From Lingula anatina (Eukaryota; Animalia; Brachiopoda): a stretch of 64,000 bases of DNA. The notes below the pieces were generated by a model. That model worked only from the letters and a program-made list of their open reading frames with translations, was not told where the DNA came from and made no database searches. The stretch is taken from contig CM120643.1 in assembly GCA_051362555.1 (NCBI GenBank), positions 20,898,848 through 20,962,847 on the forward strand, in the 5' to 3' direction. Made by a program: the position numbers and the translations under genes. The first letter of the stretch is position 1. Every line of letters begins with the position of its first letter. Shown here one piece after another: positions 1 to 14,373 of this stretch.

Positions 1-652
1 GTACCAAACACAATAGTTGACACTGACAAGTAAAATATCTCAATAGGAATGAAATAAGGTTAAGAGCTGTACAAACATATCATTATGAAACTAGATTAAA
101 AAAAAGGGTGAAATGCTAGTAAAGGCAGGGGCTATCATCTGAATTAATAAAATGATGTTTAAAAATCTTGTGTAGTAAAACAACTGTATGCAACCCTTAC
201 CATTTAAACTTGTACAGCCATTATAGTGGCTAAATAACCCAATGGCTTGAAACAAAGAACTCTAACTTCCCTGCATACATTAGTTGATATATGGGTACTT
301 CATTATGAATCTATATTTCCTTCATAACATACATAAAATTAGGTGGCAGACATATCATAATTAAAAATTGAACCATATTACATGGATGTTGACTGGCACT
401 AAAACAGTATAACCCAACTATGAGTAAGCATGGAAATGCACACAAACTAATACCAAACCAGTACATGTATCACTGACTGTTATTAAAATACATTATTTAG
501 ATCCAGAGACAGACAAAGAGGCAGACAGACTGATGAACAATACCAACAAGAGAGGGGGTATACTGAATATGAAAACACATGCAACAAAAGACCTGTAAAA
601 GAGAACATTTCATAGGGAGCTGAGGGTTTGGTACATTATTAACTTGTGGTCC

Positions 653-923
653 AAGGACCTGTCTCACAAAATAACCTAAATCCAAAATTGGTCTAAACTT
701 TAAGAACATAATTTTAGTCTACCTGACCCAAGATAAACGAGCAGAAACCAAATCAAATAAGACAATGTGTCGGTTTTATGGCATTTTTTTTTCTTCAGAA
801 TGATACTTACTTAATATAAGTGTAGAGCTACTGATTTAACTTGTGACTTCCAAGTATTCCATATTTATGGTAAAAAAAGTTTAGACCAATTTCTGGCCTA
901 TGTTATTTAGTAAAACTGGGCCC
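653..923. mobile_element. Old degenerate MITE (imperfect terminal inverted repeats)
   Basis: Left arm ggacctgtctcacaaaataacctaaatccaaaattggtctaaactt matches the reverse complement of the right arm (gggcccagttttactaaataacataggccagaaattggtctaaactt). A related fragment lies at ~46261-46306. Confidence 0.6.
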
Positions 924-1028
924 AAAATGTTTTTTAGAAGCAGAAGCAGTTTTCTGCCAATGCCAGTGTTCTCAGTCTCATCCTGGTTGACCTGGTGGCA
1001 TGTCATACATCACATATGATGGCAACAT

Positions 1029-1576
1029 AGAGCGCATTCTCAACGAATTAAGCCAGGCTTTACAAAGCCGGTGACCTAAAAATGGCGGACGTACATGAAA
1101 GAAAAACCGCCTAATCTTTTAATAGTCTCTCCGCCTCTCACACGCCTCCCCACACGTCGTCCCTGCGGGGTACAGTAATTAAATCTCGGCTCCGAACATT
1201 AATATTTCTGTGAATATCTCTGGTGATATTATCTCCGTAGATAGTCGATTCATTGCTGCTCTACGGGCCAAATTATTCCTTTTTCGTCTCTGTTTTCAAA
1301 CATAATAGAACAGAAGAGCTTTTTTCCTTCGATCGCCTTCAGCCGCCATGCTTTCTTCACCACGAGTTTAACTGATGAGCATGCGCACTTAATATTTCTC
1401 AGGTAGCTTCCGCATGGCGAACGGAGCCGAGATTTAATTACTGTACCCCGCAGGGACGACGTGTGGGGAGGCGGAGAGACTATTAAAAGATTAGGCGGTT
1501 TTTCTTTCATGTACGTCCGCCATTTTTAGGTCACCGGCTTTGTAAAGCCTGGCTTAATTCGTTGAGAATGCGCTCT
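1029..1576. mobile_element. Young MITE / non-autonomous DNA transposon with ~155-165 bp TIRs
   Basis: 1029-1194 is the near-perfect reverse complement of 1422-1576 (left arm has an extra 11-bp duplication). CpG-rich against a CpG-poor background. Flanks ATA/TTA resemble an imperfect TWA (PIF/Harbinger-type) TSD. Confidence 0.9.
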
Positions 1577-1614
1577 TAGAGTATGACTTCCCTGTGACAG
1601 CAACATGATAAACA

Positions 1615-1617
<3 letters not shown>

Positions 1618-1687
<70 letters not shown>
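1618..1687. repeat. (GA)n microsatellite
   Basis: Perfect GA run of 70 bp. Confidence 0.98.
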
Positions 1688-1691
<4 letters not shown>

Positions 1692-2148
1692 TGGAATAAG
1701 TAAAGGGACTGTACATGTACAAAGCCTTTGGTTTGAAAAATACAATACCAAATTTTTGTAGTTTCTCAAAAATTAACAGATTTTATGGATCATCACTTTA
1801 TCAAGTTCCAAATGCCAAATACTTAAAAAGGTATATATTTTTTGGGCAAACACTTTCTTCACTAAGATAAGTATGTAGTTAAACATCTTCCTTTCATTCT
1901 CACTTTATCTAAAAGTGAACTTTTCCACCATCAGTAGCAAGTTCACTACAAAAGGAAGACACCATTAACTATACTGAACATTTAGTACAAGCTTCCTTAA
2001 AAAGAACTATGACAAATAATGAGGATGACAATCATATTAACTGTCCCCTTTAAGAGAACAACCATGCAGTTAGCAAGCAATATTAAAGATGACAAAAGTC
2101 CAAATATAAGTGCCAAGAAATAAAGACAACTTTCAAATCAAAGCTCAC

Positions 2149-2263
2149 CTGTAAATATCCCAGCTTCAAGATGTTTTAATGGCGTTCACTTCGCTTGGTC
2201 TCTGCGTTAATAAGTGCCGTCAGATTCATTTCAGTCGCTGTTCACTGACTGCACACATTGAAA
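2149..2263 (-). other. Probable non-coding (5'UTR) exon of the - strand gene that leaves the window on the left
   Basis: Acceptor ttttcatcttattcag| at 2264 and donor CAG|gtgagc at 2148 on the - strand. All three frames contain stops. Contains a 17-codon uORF (2229-2176, MNLTALINAETKRSERH*). Confidence 0.55.
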
Positions 2264-5200
2264 CTGAATAAGATGAAAATTTACAATTAACCTCCTTCAT
2301 ACAATGGCATGGCTGATTTGATAAATGCAACATTAAATTAAACTACGGGACTTGTAAATACACGGCACCAAAAAGGGGGTTAAGTTTATTTGAGCAATGT
2401 GGGCTTTATTAATTTACTTATGCACTCCCTTGCTCAGAAAAGACTACCCATTGTTAAAAGAAACACAGGCAAAAAGGCCATCGGGTCACGGCACACATTC
2501 AGTTGATCCCTCTGTTAAAACCTTATGGCCCCGCCTCAGGATTTCCACTGGCTGTAACCAGATTTAATTTGCATGACACATACCAAAACTAATCAATAAT
2601 TTCAAATAATTTCAAGTGTGTGGACTGCGGTAAAACAAATACAACTTGTTGAGAATGTATTCTTCTCAGACTGTTTATCCCAGTGAATGTACCTGAGCAA
2701 ACAAAGTCTTTTAAAATAATTGTGTAGACCAGACATTTGGAGAGGGGGCAGCTAAGTGGAAAATGTTTTGTTTCACTTTTGCGTAACTTCTTGGGCTAGA
2801 GCGATGTGAAGGTTTTCGGCATTGACTTAACAGGGGTGCTGTTAATAGAGAAATCTTATCCCTGTCTTTACCACCTTTGACCCCCCAAGTCAAGTTTTAT
2901 TTCACCATCCTCATTGAGGCTTGACCGCTGCTGACCAGGTGTGGATCGCAGTCAGTCACACTTGATTAAACAACAGCTACATATTTCCAGGTTGGGAAAC
3001 ATGCTTAATCTGAGCTTTGTTAACAGCCCTTTAATTTTTCTCCAATGAAGTAAGGCGATCCTTTTGAAATGCTATAAGGGGTGGTCAGAGGCAACAGGCT
3101 GAATGGCAAATCATTTGACACCGGCAGACAAAACAAAAGACAGAAAGCGGCAGGAATCACAAGTCCCTTGCTGTTACGCCATAGTTTTGTATTATGTCAC
3201 CATTATCATAAAAAGAATAGGTACCACCAGTTCAATTACTGATTCAATCAGGCAAAACAAAGAAAGCCCAGAGCTCAGAAATCAAAAATACTATCAAGCA
3301 TTTACACACTGTATACTATACACCCTCACATTCATCAGTTGTTTGGAGAAACCCAATCCCATATAATTATACCCCAAAACTGAGGGTCATTCATTAAGAG
3401 CAATGGCAGAACTCCCGACAGGTCAACAAGTAGCTCCGTCTTTCTCTGATAAGTGACTGCACATGCATTCGAGTGCGACCTAATCCTGTGTCCGCCATTT
3501 AAAACCCCCAGCGCTCATTAAGACTTGAGTGGCAGGTCCCCCTCGTCCCCCCAGGTGAGGCTGAACAGTCCCTGTCTTAGGCAAATTACAATCAATCTGT
3601 CTTTATCCCCCACTCCCCACAGGGGGGTCTATTCTTCAGCTGCAAGATGCATCTCATTAATCCTTTTGTTTGAGGTTGAAAGCCGTCCGAGAGGGCCTCT
3701 ACCTAGGGACGTGACTGAATTCCATAATTAGGGAAGCCTTTTATTCAACCGAGATGCTATTAAGTTAATTTCAAATAAATGTATGAGTAATAACAGAGAA
3801 GCAATGCTGAGGAATGTGGGAACTCTAGCTGTCTTTAAGTTATTGTATTACACTGATAATCAACCGTAGTGGATTGGATGGTTAATTTCATCACTGCCCC
3901 GCCAGCAGAACACGTAAAGGGGGGCGCCAAAATGAGAAGTGTAGCCTGATGCACACAGTAAGCCAAACTGTAATCAATAAACTTGATAAATCAGTTAAAC
4001 ATACTTTACGCACAGAATCAATATTTTTTGAAGATTCTTACAAAAACAGAAAAAGGAAAAAAAAAAGAAAATAATAAGAAAAATTACATACCTGTCTAGT
4101 GTGTCAGCTATATTGTACAAAGTACAAAAGGCTGACTGTTTAAAGAATTTATAGGTGACAGAGAAATGAATATTGTCATGATTTTTGGAAGGGTGTCCGA
4201 GCATATCATTCAACCCCAAATCAACCCCCATTAATACTGTGATGGTAACAGGTAAGTAGGGTAGTCAGACAGGTCATCCTATCCAGACACACTTACACAA
4301 GCCTGTCTATAGTTAAGCTTCTTTAAATGGGATTATTATTACAATGACTTATTATCATTATCAAAACAATTAATGTAAAATTACTTATGGTAAAAGGTGG
4401 CCACCCGCAGCCTTTACTTACTACTGGATGGTTAGTTATGAAGAGTTTGCCTATGGTGTCTTCTACCTGAAAAAACAATTTTCTTTAGTCAGCTTTTTTT
4501 AATCATTTTCATATACAAAAAAACTAAAAACAATCGGAATCTAGAGCTTAGAAAAACAAACAGATATTTTATTTTCTTAGAATTCAAACTAAGGTCTTAT
4601 ATAACTTGGATTTACATATCATTATTTTCCTTTTAATTAAAAAGAGTTTGCTTGGGAATTTTTACGTATAAAACAAATATTATCATAAAAATTGTTCAGA
4701 AATTCCATAAATAAATTTCAAAAAGTGAAGCAAAATATTCTCTGGCAATGCACACATGCACACACAGATCCACGCAAGTTCGCACATACCAAACAAACCT
4801 AACTGGTGCATATGCTTAATAACAGAAATAAAATGTGTACTACATGGCAATATAGGGACATGGTGGCAAGATAGAGTTTTGGGGTTTGGAGAGGGGGTTA
4901 TAGGGATTGGTGTATGAAAACAAAGTATTTCATGTTCTAATGTTAAATAATGTGCTTCAAAGATATCAATCTTACTAGGTGCCCCAGAAGCCCAACACGA
5001 GAACAAGGTGTACAAACACGGGGAAAATCCATCCAAGATTGTTTTCATTTAACCATGCCCTCTCTTGCTTGTTTGGATTTTCAAAATCAAATCCAACTGA
5101 TTATTCACATTGGCTAATAGAGCAACTCCAGTAACAAGCCTTCATTACAACATGGTGCAAACAAGTTCAGCACCCGTTTCTGAGGAAATGTTTAGGGTCC

Positions 5201-8200
5201 CACTTGCTGGGCGCATGGCGGCAGATGACAAGATTGGCCAAATTCTTCCTACATCTTAATCAGGGCACTGTTAATATTATAATATGTCAGGAATATAATA
5301 TGTGGTAACTAAAACAACGGTGAATAGGTCAATGATAAGGAAACAAACAACCACAGACAAATTGAAAAAAAAAATGGTTCAACAATAATAATAATGCTGG
5401 GACAAAAATGATAACTGAAGGCTATACCACATAGCAACAAAATGTCAATAACATACTAATTGGAATTTTTTCAAAGTAAAAGATACCTAAAATGCACAAA
5501 AACAATTATGATCTTAAGTGAAAGGAAAGGCTTGTTTACAAAATATCATCACAGACAAATTGTGAGCTAATTTCTGTAATCCTTTAATCTTCATATTTTG
5601 AATTAAAAAATATATATATAATGAAAAAAGTTTTAGCTCTTTTTAAAAAAACAACACTTCCACTTTCCCCTCTGTATTCCCCTAAACATTTGAGAGCAAC
5701 AGAAAAATTACAGCAGCTAAATTAATTACACTGGGAAGAAGACGATAATGAGTGAATAACAGCTGAAAGGAAAAAGAAAATACAGCAAAAAATGCCAATG
5801 CACCTCTTCTCATTAATCTTAACTGCCGCCTTGGCACTCCATTCCCTGTCAGAGATGGGGGGAAACCTTGCTCGACCCTGCCAACTCCACGGACCAGACT
5901 CTAATTACTTCTGTATGTAATCAAGTGAAATGCTCCCAATGAACAGTTAATGAACACTTAACTAAAATTAAGTTGGAGGGAATGACTAGTGCCATATGCA
6001 GATAGCGAAGGAGAAATTATGCTGGGTCAAACGGAAAAGATTTGCCTGCACTGAAGAAAGAAAAAAAAAATGGCTTTAATTTTGCTTGCCGCTGGAGAAT
6101 GTAATGGCATAAATGGTGATACAATCATTCAACCCTGCAGTGAAACAGTCAACACAAAATTGTTCCAAATGTTAAACAAATTTCATATGGCCATGAGCGA
6201 GGAGAGGTGGAGGATAAATGTTCTGGAATTTAACACTGATGTAAATTATAATAATTCAAAAACAGATTAGACTTATGTAAACTGATGAACTATTCAAGTA
6301 TAATTCCACAAGGACTTGTAAGTTTAGAGAAATATATTACCCTTCCAAGCCCTTTTTTCCTTCCTCATAAATACTCACCTTAGCTGAGAAGTTACTCGTC
6401 TTTGGAAATTGTAAAATAGTATATCTGTCTGAATCCATTGTGTACATGTGTACTACAAGACTGGTCAAGGAGGGAGGGGGGCTCAGCCAGGGGGGGGGGG
6501 GGAGGATGGAGAAATAAACAGCTATTCACTGTAAAAGCCTTCGCCCTCCTGATCGATAGAACTCTCCAAGTATAAGGTCAGTGGCAAGAAATCTAATGTG
6601 TCTGTATTAATCAATGGCCCCAGCTCACACATATATATATGTTATAGACATTCCAGGAGAAGCAAGACATCAATGTAAAGTATGTCAGAGGCAGAGTAAT
6701 GGGCACATGAAGAAGGCGTACTAGCAATAGTACTACTGGATATGTTCTAGGGAATACAGTAATGGCTGCATGCGTGAACTAAGATAATATATATTTACAG
6801 CATGCAGTCTTCTCCATCTCGAAAAAAAAAAAGGTTTCAAAGTGGCAAGTGTGCATCACTGGTGGAGCAAAAATGTCTGGTATATAAGTGTCCATGGTGT
6901 GTACAAAATATATACGAGAAATAAATACTAATATACATAACCCCCCTGGGAAAGAAAAACTGATACGTGTGAAACAAATGGGGTTGTATGTAAAACATGT
7001 AAAATCGTGTTAAAACATGGTTATGATGTACATCAACATCTGTCAACATTAAAAACAAATGCATATTTATGTTAACAAACTGATTGGCTACAATTAACAC
7101 AAGTTTTGCTCTTAAAAAGAAGAAAGAAAGAAAGAAAAGGTAGATTATAGCAATAATGGAAATAAACAAAAGAAAAAATATTTACAGTTTGTTCACAAAA
7201 TGGTAACCATGCAACACTAATGAAAAAATAAAAAAATAAATACACATGCACACAAATGTGTGTTTTGTTTAGAAAACGTGAAACAACAATAAAGAAAATA
7301 AATAGTGTTAAAGACAGCGGTAACTAATATTTGGTTATGATGAAACCTCAGGTGACATGTACAAACAGCTTTGCATGACCAGCACTCTGTCTGGAATCAT
7401 GACGGCTGCTAGACCACCTGCTAATTGGCTGATAATTGTCAAGATGAGCTCTCTTACAAAACAAATTATTTATGAAACAATCGCCACACTGATGTCAGAA
7501 TGCCACAAGTCATCTCAGTTCAAGAAATTTAACACGGATGGAAGTTCTTTAAGCATTACTCTTTTTCCCAGTGCTGTTTATCTATATATTTAATTATTTT
7601 TTCATATCAATTACCCTGGCATCCCTCAAAATTTGTTTTCTGGTCTCCTAACTGACAAAAATAAAACATATATATAGAGAAAGAGATCTTTACTACATAA
7701 TCATTTCAATAATGAAAATAATAAAAAATGACCAAATGCATAGAATGTCAGCACATGCTGCATTGACCGATACGTGAACATGCAGAAGTCGTTCTCATCT
7801 GCTAAAAAGCATTACGAAATGTGAACGAGCTCACCACCCCAGAGCAGCTGAACCTTAGAACAAACTCTGCTGTGGCAGGAACAAAATACTCAAAAACGAA
7901 TACCTGCCTATTATCCTAACCCTACTGCTGAGCAAACAGAGTTAAATAGCCCTGAAGCTTAATTGCCAAATTTACATATGACAGTGCCATTAGTTTACCC
8001 AGGTCCCCTATACTTAACCTTTTGTTGTGCCTCACACCTCATTAAGCACACAGAAACATGGGAGACAGATTAATCCAAATTGGAGATGAAATACATAATT
8101 CGCACTACCACTATTCAGAGACGATTTTCTCATTTTTCTCAAGATCCATTTCAAAGCCGCTCTTCTTGAGATGTGAAGGAATTTTCCCACACTCCCCGAG

Positions 8201-11200
8201 TTAACACTGGAACAATGTCTTTCATGCTGGTGTAAGTAGCCATCATTCTCTTAACGAGACAGATGTTAAGTGTGTCACCTTAATGAAGGAGCTCCTTTAA
8301 TCCCTGTCCCAGGCCCCTAATGTCCAAAGGCTGGTTCACTGCCAATAAAGCTCCCCCTCTCAAGTCTACGGTTAAAAGGCTGCCTTGGTCTCTTAGTCTT
8401 TTAATGAGCTGTCTGTGACTGGTTCAGCAGCTAGAGGAATTACCCATACCGTGTGTAATTAAATCAGTCAATTGATTGACAAGCTTTGCATATGAAACTT
8501 TTGAAATTATCAAGGCAGAAAGACTGGGCAAACAGAGCCCCGCATCTCCGGCTCATATGTAGATGTAATTATCTTGGGAGGCTGACAGTCATGGCCAACT
8601 GCATGCAGAAAGCGCACAACTGTCCATTTGCATTTTTAAAGTCAGCAAAGAAAATAAACCAATTACACTAAATGGATTATTGATGACAAGCTCAAAAAAG
8701 CTAAGATGCCATTTCACAGGCTCACAAAATTAAGCCATGCCATTTCTTATTTGCTAATTCCAGAAAGGCATTAAGAGACGCTGTTAATTTCCGTGAAAAA
8801 TTCTGCCGGCTTAATGGCAGTTTCATTTGCAAAGGACAGCAGAGGTCACCCTGGGATTGCGATGCTCGAAATCTCTTGCCGAGAACTGCGGCCATTTGTG
8901 ACCAGCCCTGGGGAATTTGCGCATTTCAGAAAGAGAAAGTAAATAACGCAAAATGAAAGATTATTTTTCAATTTATATGCAGATGGAGGATAATTTTCCC
9001 CAGTAAAAATCATCCTAACATCCTCTGAGACAAAATATGTCAATTAAACAAATATTAGACTTGCAGCGTGCACGAGGCAAAACTATATTGATGATTTGCT
9101 AAATATAGGTTGCATAAATGCAACAGATCTGATTAAGCCAGCTGGAGGAATGTGAGACTGTGGCAGTATGCGAGGACAGAGGTCAGCCATTACCTGGAGA
9201 CAGGTCATAACCTTTGACCTGTCTGACCTCACAGGAATCTTGCCCTTTGACTTCAAAATTACTTCTCTTGATCAACTACACTGAGATATCCCAATCTAAA
9301 AAGAATCATTCAAATAAGCCTTTAAATGATGTAACTTTTTTTCCAGAAAGCATTAGGTATCAATGTTTAGTGTCTTTGCAATTTCTGCTCTGACAAGGGA
9401 AAACAGATGCATGTAACAAATAAAAACTTCTCCAGATGATTTCCTAGGCAGAAACAATCTCGGAAAATCTGGCTTTGTATTATCTCAGAATGTGTCTTTG
9501 GTAAACAACAGATAGTCCTTTGATCAGATAATCATTGTTTTGTCACACTTATAAAACTATGAGCATTTTTTGAAAAAGAAACTTTGACTTTGGAGCAAGT
9601 ATTCATTTCACTTTTATGGATCATTAGAAGGTTTAATTGCATCTGTTTTACTTCGCTGAGAGAGGAGGAAAGAAAAAGTGAACTGAAGTTTTGGAAGAGA
9701 ACTTTAAATTCACAACACAACACATTCATATCCTCATTTTCTTTTGAGAATGTAGAGGCTCAAGTTTGTAAGAGTTGCTATAATTTTTAATGTGTATCAT
9801 ATCTCCCAAATTAGTTGGATACCATGGAAATAGTTTTTAACTTTAGGCACAAACTTTCTTATAATCATTTGCAAATAAACACCATCATACTCAAGTCTGG
9901 AAGATGTACCTGACAGAAAAAAATGGACTCCAGAATATTTGGTAATTAAGCAGAAACAACACATGTTCTATACCTGCTGATGACTTGTTGGCACTGGTGA
10001 AAAGGTAAATTAAGAGATTCATATGATGATCTGGGCTAAATTAGACGTGCCATATCTGCTGTAATTTACAGTAAATCTGAACTTTTTTACACATGTGCAG
10101 GGCCAAAAGACTCCAAAGGGCCCAGGTTTCATGGATTTGGAGGCATGATATGACCCTTATGGAGATAATTCCTCATCAGCTTAGTGGATAAACACACACA
10201 ACAGGAGGGCAGCCAATATGCCAGTGGATTATTATCACCAATATGGGGAGAAGTAGCGCTGAGCTGATCTCAGATGCTTGGGGTTTCTTCCTTCATAGAC
10301 AGGTCAGCCTGCGATCATAACGCATTACGTCTGGACCTGCCACATGAGAGGTCTTCTGCTTTACCTCTATGGATATGCCTGAAATAATGTGTGTTTGTGT
10401 GCCTGCGTTAGGGAAAAATGTCTGTTTCCATACATTTATCATGTTTAAACTTATGCAATATCATAATGGTCTTGAAAAGTGGGCCTTAAACTCTTTAGCT
10501 CATCAGACATAAATTTCCATTTGAAAAAAAAATTCATAATGACATTTCATGGATTCCCTTTTCACATATCGCACCACCAATCCCCAAGAGAAGATGCTTT
10601 TTTGCCCCTTGCCACACAAAAAAGAGCACATCTTATGAAGTAGAAGCATAACTCCTGTACACATATTTTAAAGAAAATGCATTTTTAACAACTAAACTTC
10701 TAAAGATTCAGTCACTTCATGTCATTTTTTAATCTGAAAAAAAAAAAAGAAAGGTCAAATCTTTTTTCTTTCTATTTTTTTTTTCTGGTGTCCTTGTTCC
10801 ACAAAATTTGCCTTGACCCTATGCAAACTTTGATAAAAATACAATAAAAAATCATGAAATTTGCCATATAACATTTAGATACAATTGTTTTGAATTGTTA
10901 ATCAAATTATATTTAAAATTCAAATTAGCTATCTTTTCTTTTTTTCCTGCCAGACAGTGAAAACAGACAAACACCCAGTTTATCTTGACCAATGCTTTTT
11001 ACATTGGTGACAATTCTTAATTGCTGACTGGCGGTGTATTCTATAACTTACTCATGGATTGACTTTCGTAAAATTTAATGAAAGTCCTTTGCTTCTGTGA
11101 TCCATTTGAAGAAAGTGCTTGTTACACTGAAGAGCATCCAAACAGAAGGTTTCATTCATTTCATTAAGTTCTTGTACTTTTTCCAGAAAGTATATATATA

Positions 11201-13229
11201 TATATATATATATGATTTATTTAATCTAAGTGCAATTTCTAAGAAAAACACTTTATTTGGAACTTATCTGATATACATTCTACTACTTTTTCTCAATTTA
11301 ATAGCCATTCTATAGAGCTCTTTTGTTGCATTACAAAATAAATCATCATCATCATCATCATAACCAAACAAAACAGGGCATTCTCTCTAGTATGTACACA
11401 AGAAGTTTGCTCTGCCCAAAGGTTTTCTTGAGTAAAAAATAATAAAGGTAGTTCACAATAATTTCATCACATTTTTAAGATCCCAATTTTTTCTTTAACC
11501 TTATTCCAGTGCAATATTTAACATAACAGCTGGTGCAATCGAAAAAAGAGATGTTACTAATAACCTTTTTTCCTCAAATCATCAATAATTTTTCAGACTC
11601 TATACCTTTAAACCAATAAATACCTTATTTACCTATTATATAGGATAGCTTTCTTCTCTTGGCTTATTCCACTTTTACCAGGATTCCCTACATTCTTTAT
11701 TAGCTTATCAAATTAATAATGCAATATTTTGAGAATTTGTAGCAATTCAATAATCTAAAACAAAATGTTGCACGTTTTTGAGATGCTGTCACATGAGAGA
11801 GAGAAAGAGAGAGAGAAGGGGAAATTATACAACAAACTGTCCCTTAAAACAAACATGAGCCAGAAGTTTCATGACAACACAACCCATGACATCAATTTGT
11901 TCCATGTTTTTCATGACCAGAGGCCATACATGCCACATCATGTCATAGAGTCATGTCACATGAGGTCACGCCGCAGTGTCACAGAAGGAATGCACCCCTC
12001 CTGCCAGCTTCCCACTTCCAGAACAAGCCCGAGGTTGTAATTTACTTTTTTATAGACACAAATATTGATCATTAGTTGAAAATTTATGCCTGAAAATAAC
12101 CGTTTTGTGTGCACCACTCCCTTATCTTCCAACAACCTTGTATGGAATGGAAAAATGGCCTGATCTGCTTTATGTTCACTTTAATGATTCTATGAACTTA
12201 GATTACACTCCATGACTTGGGTGTCCCTGGCATCACCCCAGGGGGGGGGGGGGGGCACTTGGTAAGTAGATGTATTCTTTATGAATGATAAATCATGGCT
12301 ACAGCTGCTATGCTGCTAATTGAACTTATCGCTTCATCAAAGAAAAAAAAAATAGAAAAAAATCAATCTACAAAATTAGTTCTTAAGGAACAATAAAAAT
12401 CAACTAAAAAACCTCAGTGTTTCAATTAAATATGTGCACCATTAACATTTATATTTGCAAACAGAGGTTTAGATGGGCAACAACTAAAACTTTTTTCCAA
12501 CTCGTGGAAAAATTTGGCCAATTTTTAACTAAAATGAGTGCTTGTTTCACATCTGATTCTCTCATAAAATAGAAAAGCAACTAAGTTTTTAAGCTTTCAG
12601 CAGTCAGAATTTGTTCCAGATAAAAAATTGATACACAATGTACAAGTAAAAACTAACAATGACATAACAAAATATACTTAAAGTCACAAACATTTCTGTA
12701 TTAAATTTCTAATCAACTCAGTATCAAATAAACACTATACCACCCAGAACTTATGAATCAAGCCTCCAATCAAACCACCCATTCTAGTCATGCATACTGA
12801 ACCCTCATCTTTTATTTTCATGTATGCCAAACTTATCTCCAAGGGATCCATTCATGACAATTTAACCTCCCAACTACCCACTCACCCTACACAATCTTAT
12901 CCCAAAACTGTATTTGTGAACTGTAGCCAAGTAACCAAGTAAATCTGGTAAGTCAAAATCACAACTTTATATGTTATCCACAAAAAACATCTCTCTTGCT
13001 CAACACCCAGCTCAATTTGTTTAGTTTCCCAAAGATGTTTTTTTCTTCCCTAAACTCCTCCTCCTCTTAACCACCTCTTTATTCCACAGCCAGTGCCACA
13101 CCTGGTATTCCCCACCCTTTCATCACACTTTATTCCAAAGTCTATGCTACCCCCCTGGAAGCCCCCACTATCTCATCCCACCTTATTCCAAAGTCAGTGC
13201 CAACTCCCAAAAATCCATGCCCTCTAATC

Positions 13230-14060
13230 TCACTTAATCCCATAGCTGGTTCCCTCCCCTGGAATCTCCCACCCTCTCATCCCACTTTATCTCACAGCTG
13301 GTTCCCTCCCCTGGAATCTCCCACCCTCTCATCCCACTTTATCCCACAGCTGGTTCCCTCCCCTGGAATCTCCCACCCTCTCATTCCACTTTATCTCACA
13401 GCTGGTTCCCTCCCCTGGAATCCCCCACCCTCTCATCCCACTTTATCCCACAGCTGGTTCCCTCCCCTGGATTCTCCCACCCTCTCATCCCACTTTATCC
13501 CACAGCTGGTTCCCTCCCCTGGAATCCCCCACCCTCTCATCCCACTTTATCCCACAGCTGGTTCTCTCCCCTGGAATCCCCCACCCTCTCATCCCACAGC
13601 TGGTTCCCTCTCCTGGAATCCCCCACCCTCTCATCCCACTTTATCCCACAGCTGGTTCCTTCTCCTGGAATGCCCTACCCTCTCATTCCACTTTATCTCA
13701 CAGCTGGTTCCCTCCCCTGGAATCTCCCACCCTCTCATCCCACTTTATCCCACAGCTGGTTCCCTCCCCTGGAATCCCCCACCCTCTCATCCCACTTTAT
13801 CCCACAGCTGGTTCCCTCCCCTGGAATCCCCCACCCTCTCATCCCACTTTATCCCACAGCTGGTTCCCTCTCCTGGAATCCCCCACCCTCTCATCCAACT
13901 TTATCCCACAGCTGGTTCCCTCTCCTGGAATCCCCCCACCCTCTCATCCCACTTTATCCCACAGCTGGTTCCCTCCCTTGGAATCCCCACCCTCTCATCC
14001 CACTTTATCCCACAGCTGGTTTCCTCTCTTGGAATCCCCCCACCCTCTCACCCCACCTGT
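13230..14060. repeat. 52-bp C-rich minisatellite, ~15-16 copies
   Basis: Unit ctggttccctcccctggaatcccccaccctctcatcccactttatcccacag repeats with period 52. Degenerate copies extend left to ~13080. Confidence 0.97.
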
Positions 14061-14254
14061 TAACCCCTCAATCTCCTATTGCCAGTGCCATCCCCTGGAG
14101 TTCTAACATCAGACATAAAACAGTATAATAACCATGCAAATCAAAACCTCAAAACATTGATTGTAGGGGAATAAAGTTCATCAACCAACAGCAGAATCGA
14201 TATTAATTTCAAAGACAATGTCCATATTAATGAGAACATGACACAAATGCTTAC

Positions 14255-14373
14255 TTGAAATCGAAGGAAGACCCGTGGTTGATTGGGTTGATTTTTTCTG
14301 CCTCTATTACCAAGGGTATGGGCAGCACTCTGAGTTGGGCGGCTGGAGCTTGGGAGGCTACTGGCTCAATTCC
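14255..14373 (-). other. Candidate internal exon of the - strand gene
   Basis: Acceptor gtatttttatag| and donor |gtaagc on the - strand, with raised GC. One frame is open (GIEPVASQAPAAQLRVLPIPLVIEAEKINPINHGSSFDF), but joining it to the 2263 exon gives a stop, so it is probably UTR. Confidence 0.4.

Noticed and set aside
6373-6420. Strong - strand donor AG|GTGAGT at 6378
   Set aside because: No clear acceptor or promoter could be paired with it, so it is not called as an exon.
13197-14128. 288-aa and 152-aa Pro-rich ORFs
   Set aside because: Translations of the 52-bp minisatellite. The unit is not a multiple of 3, so the peptide cycles through frames, and there is no canonical ATG context.
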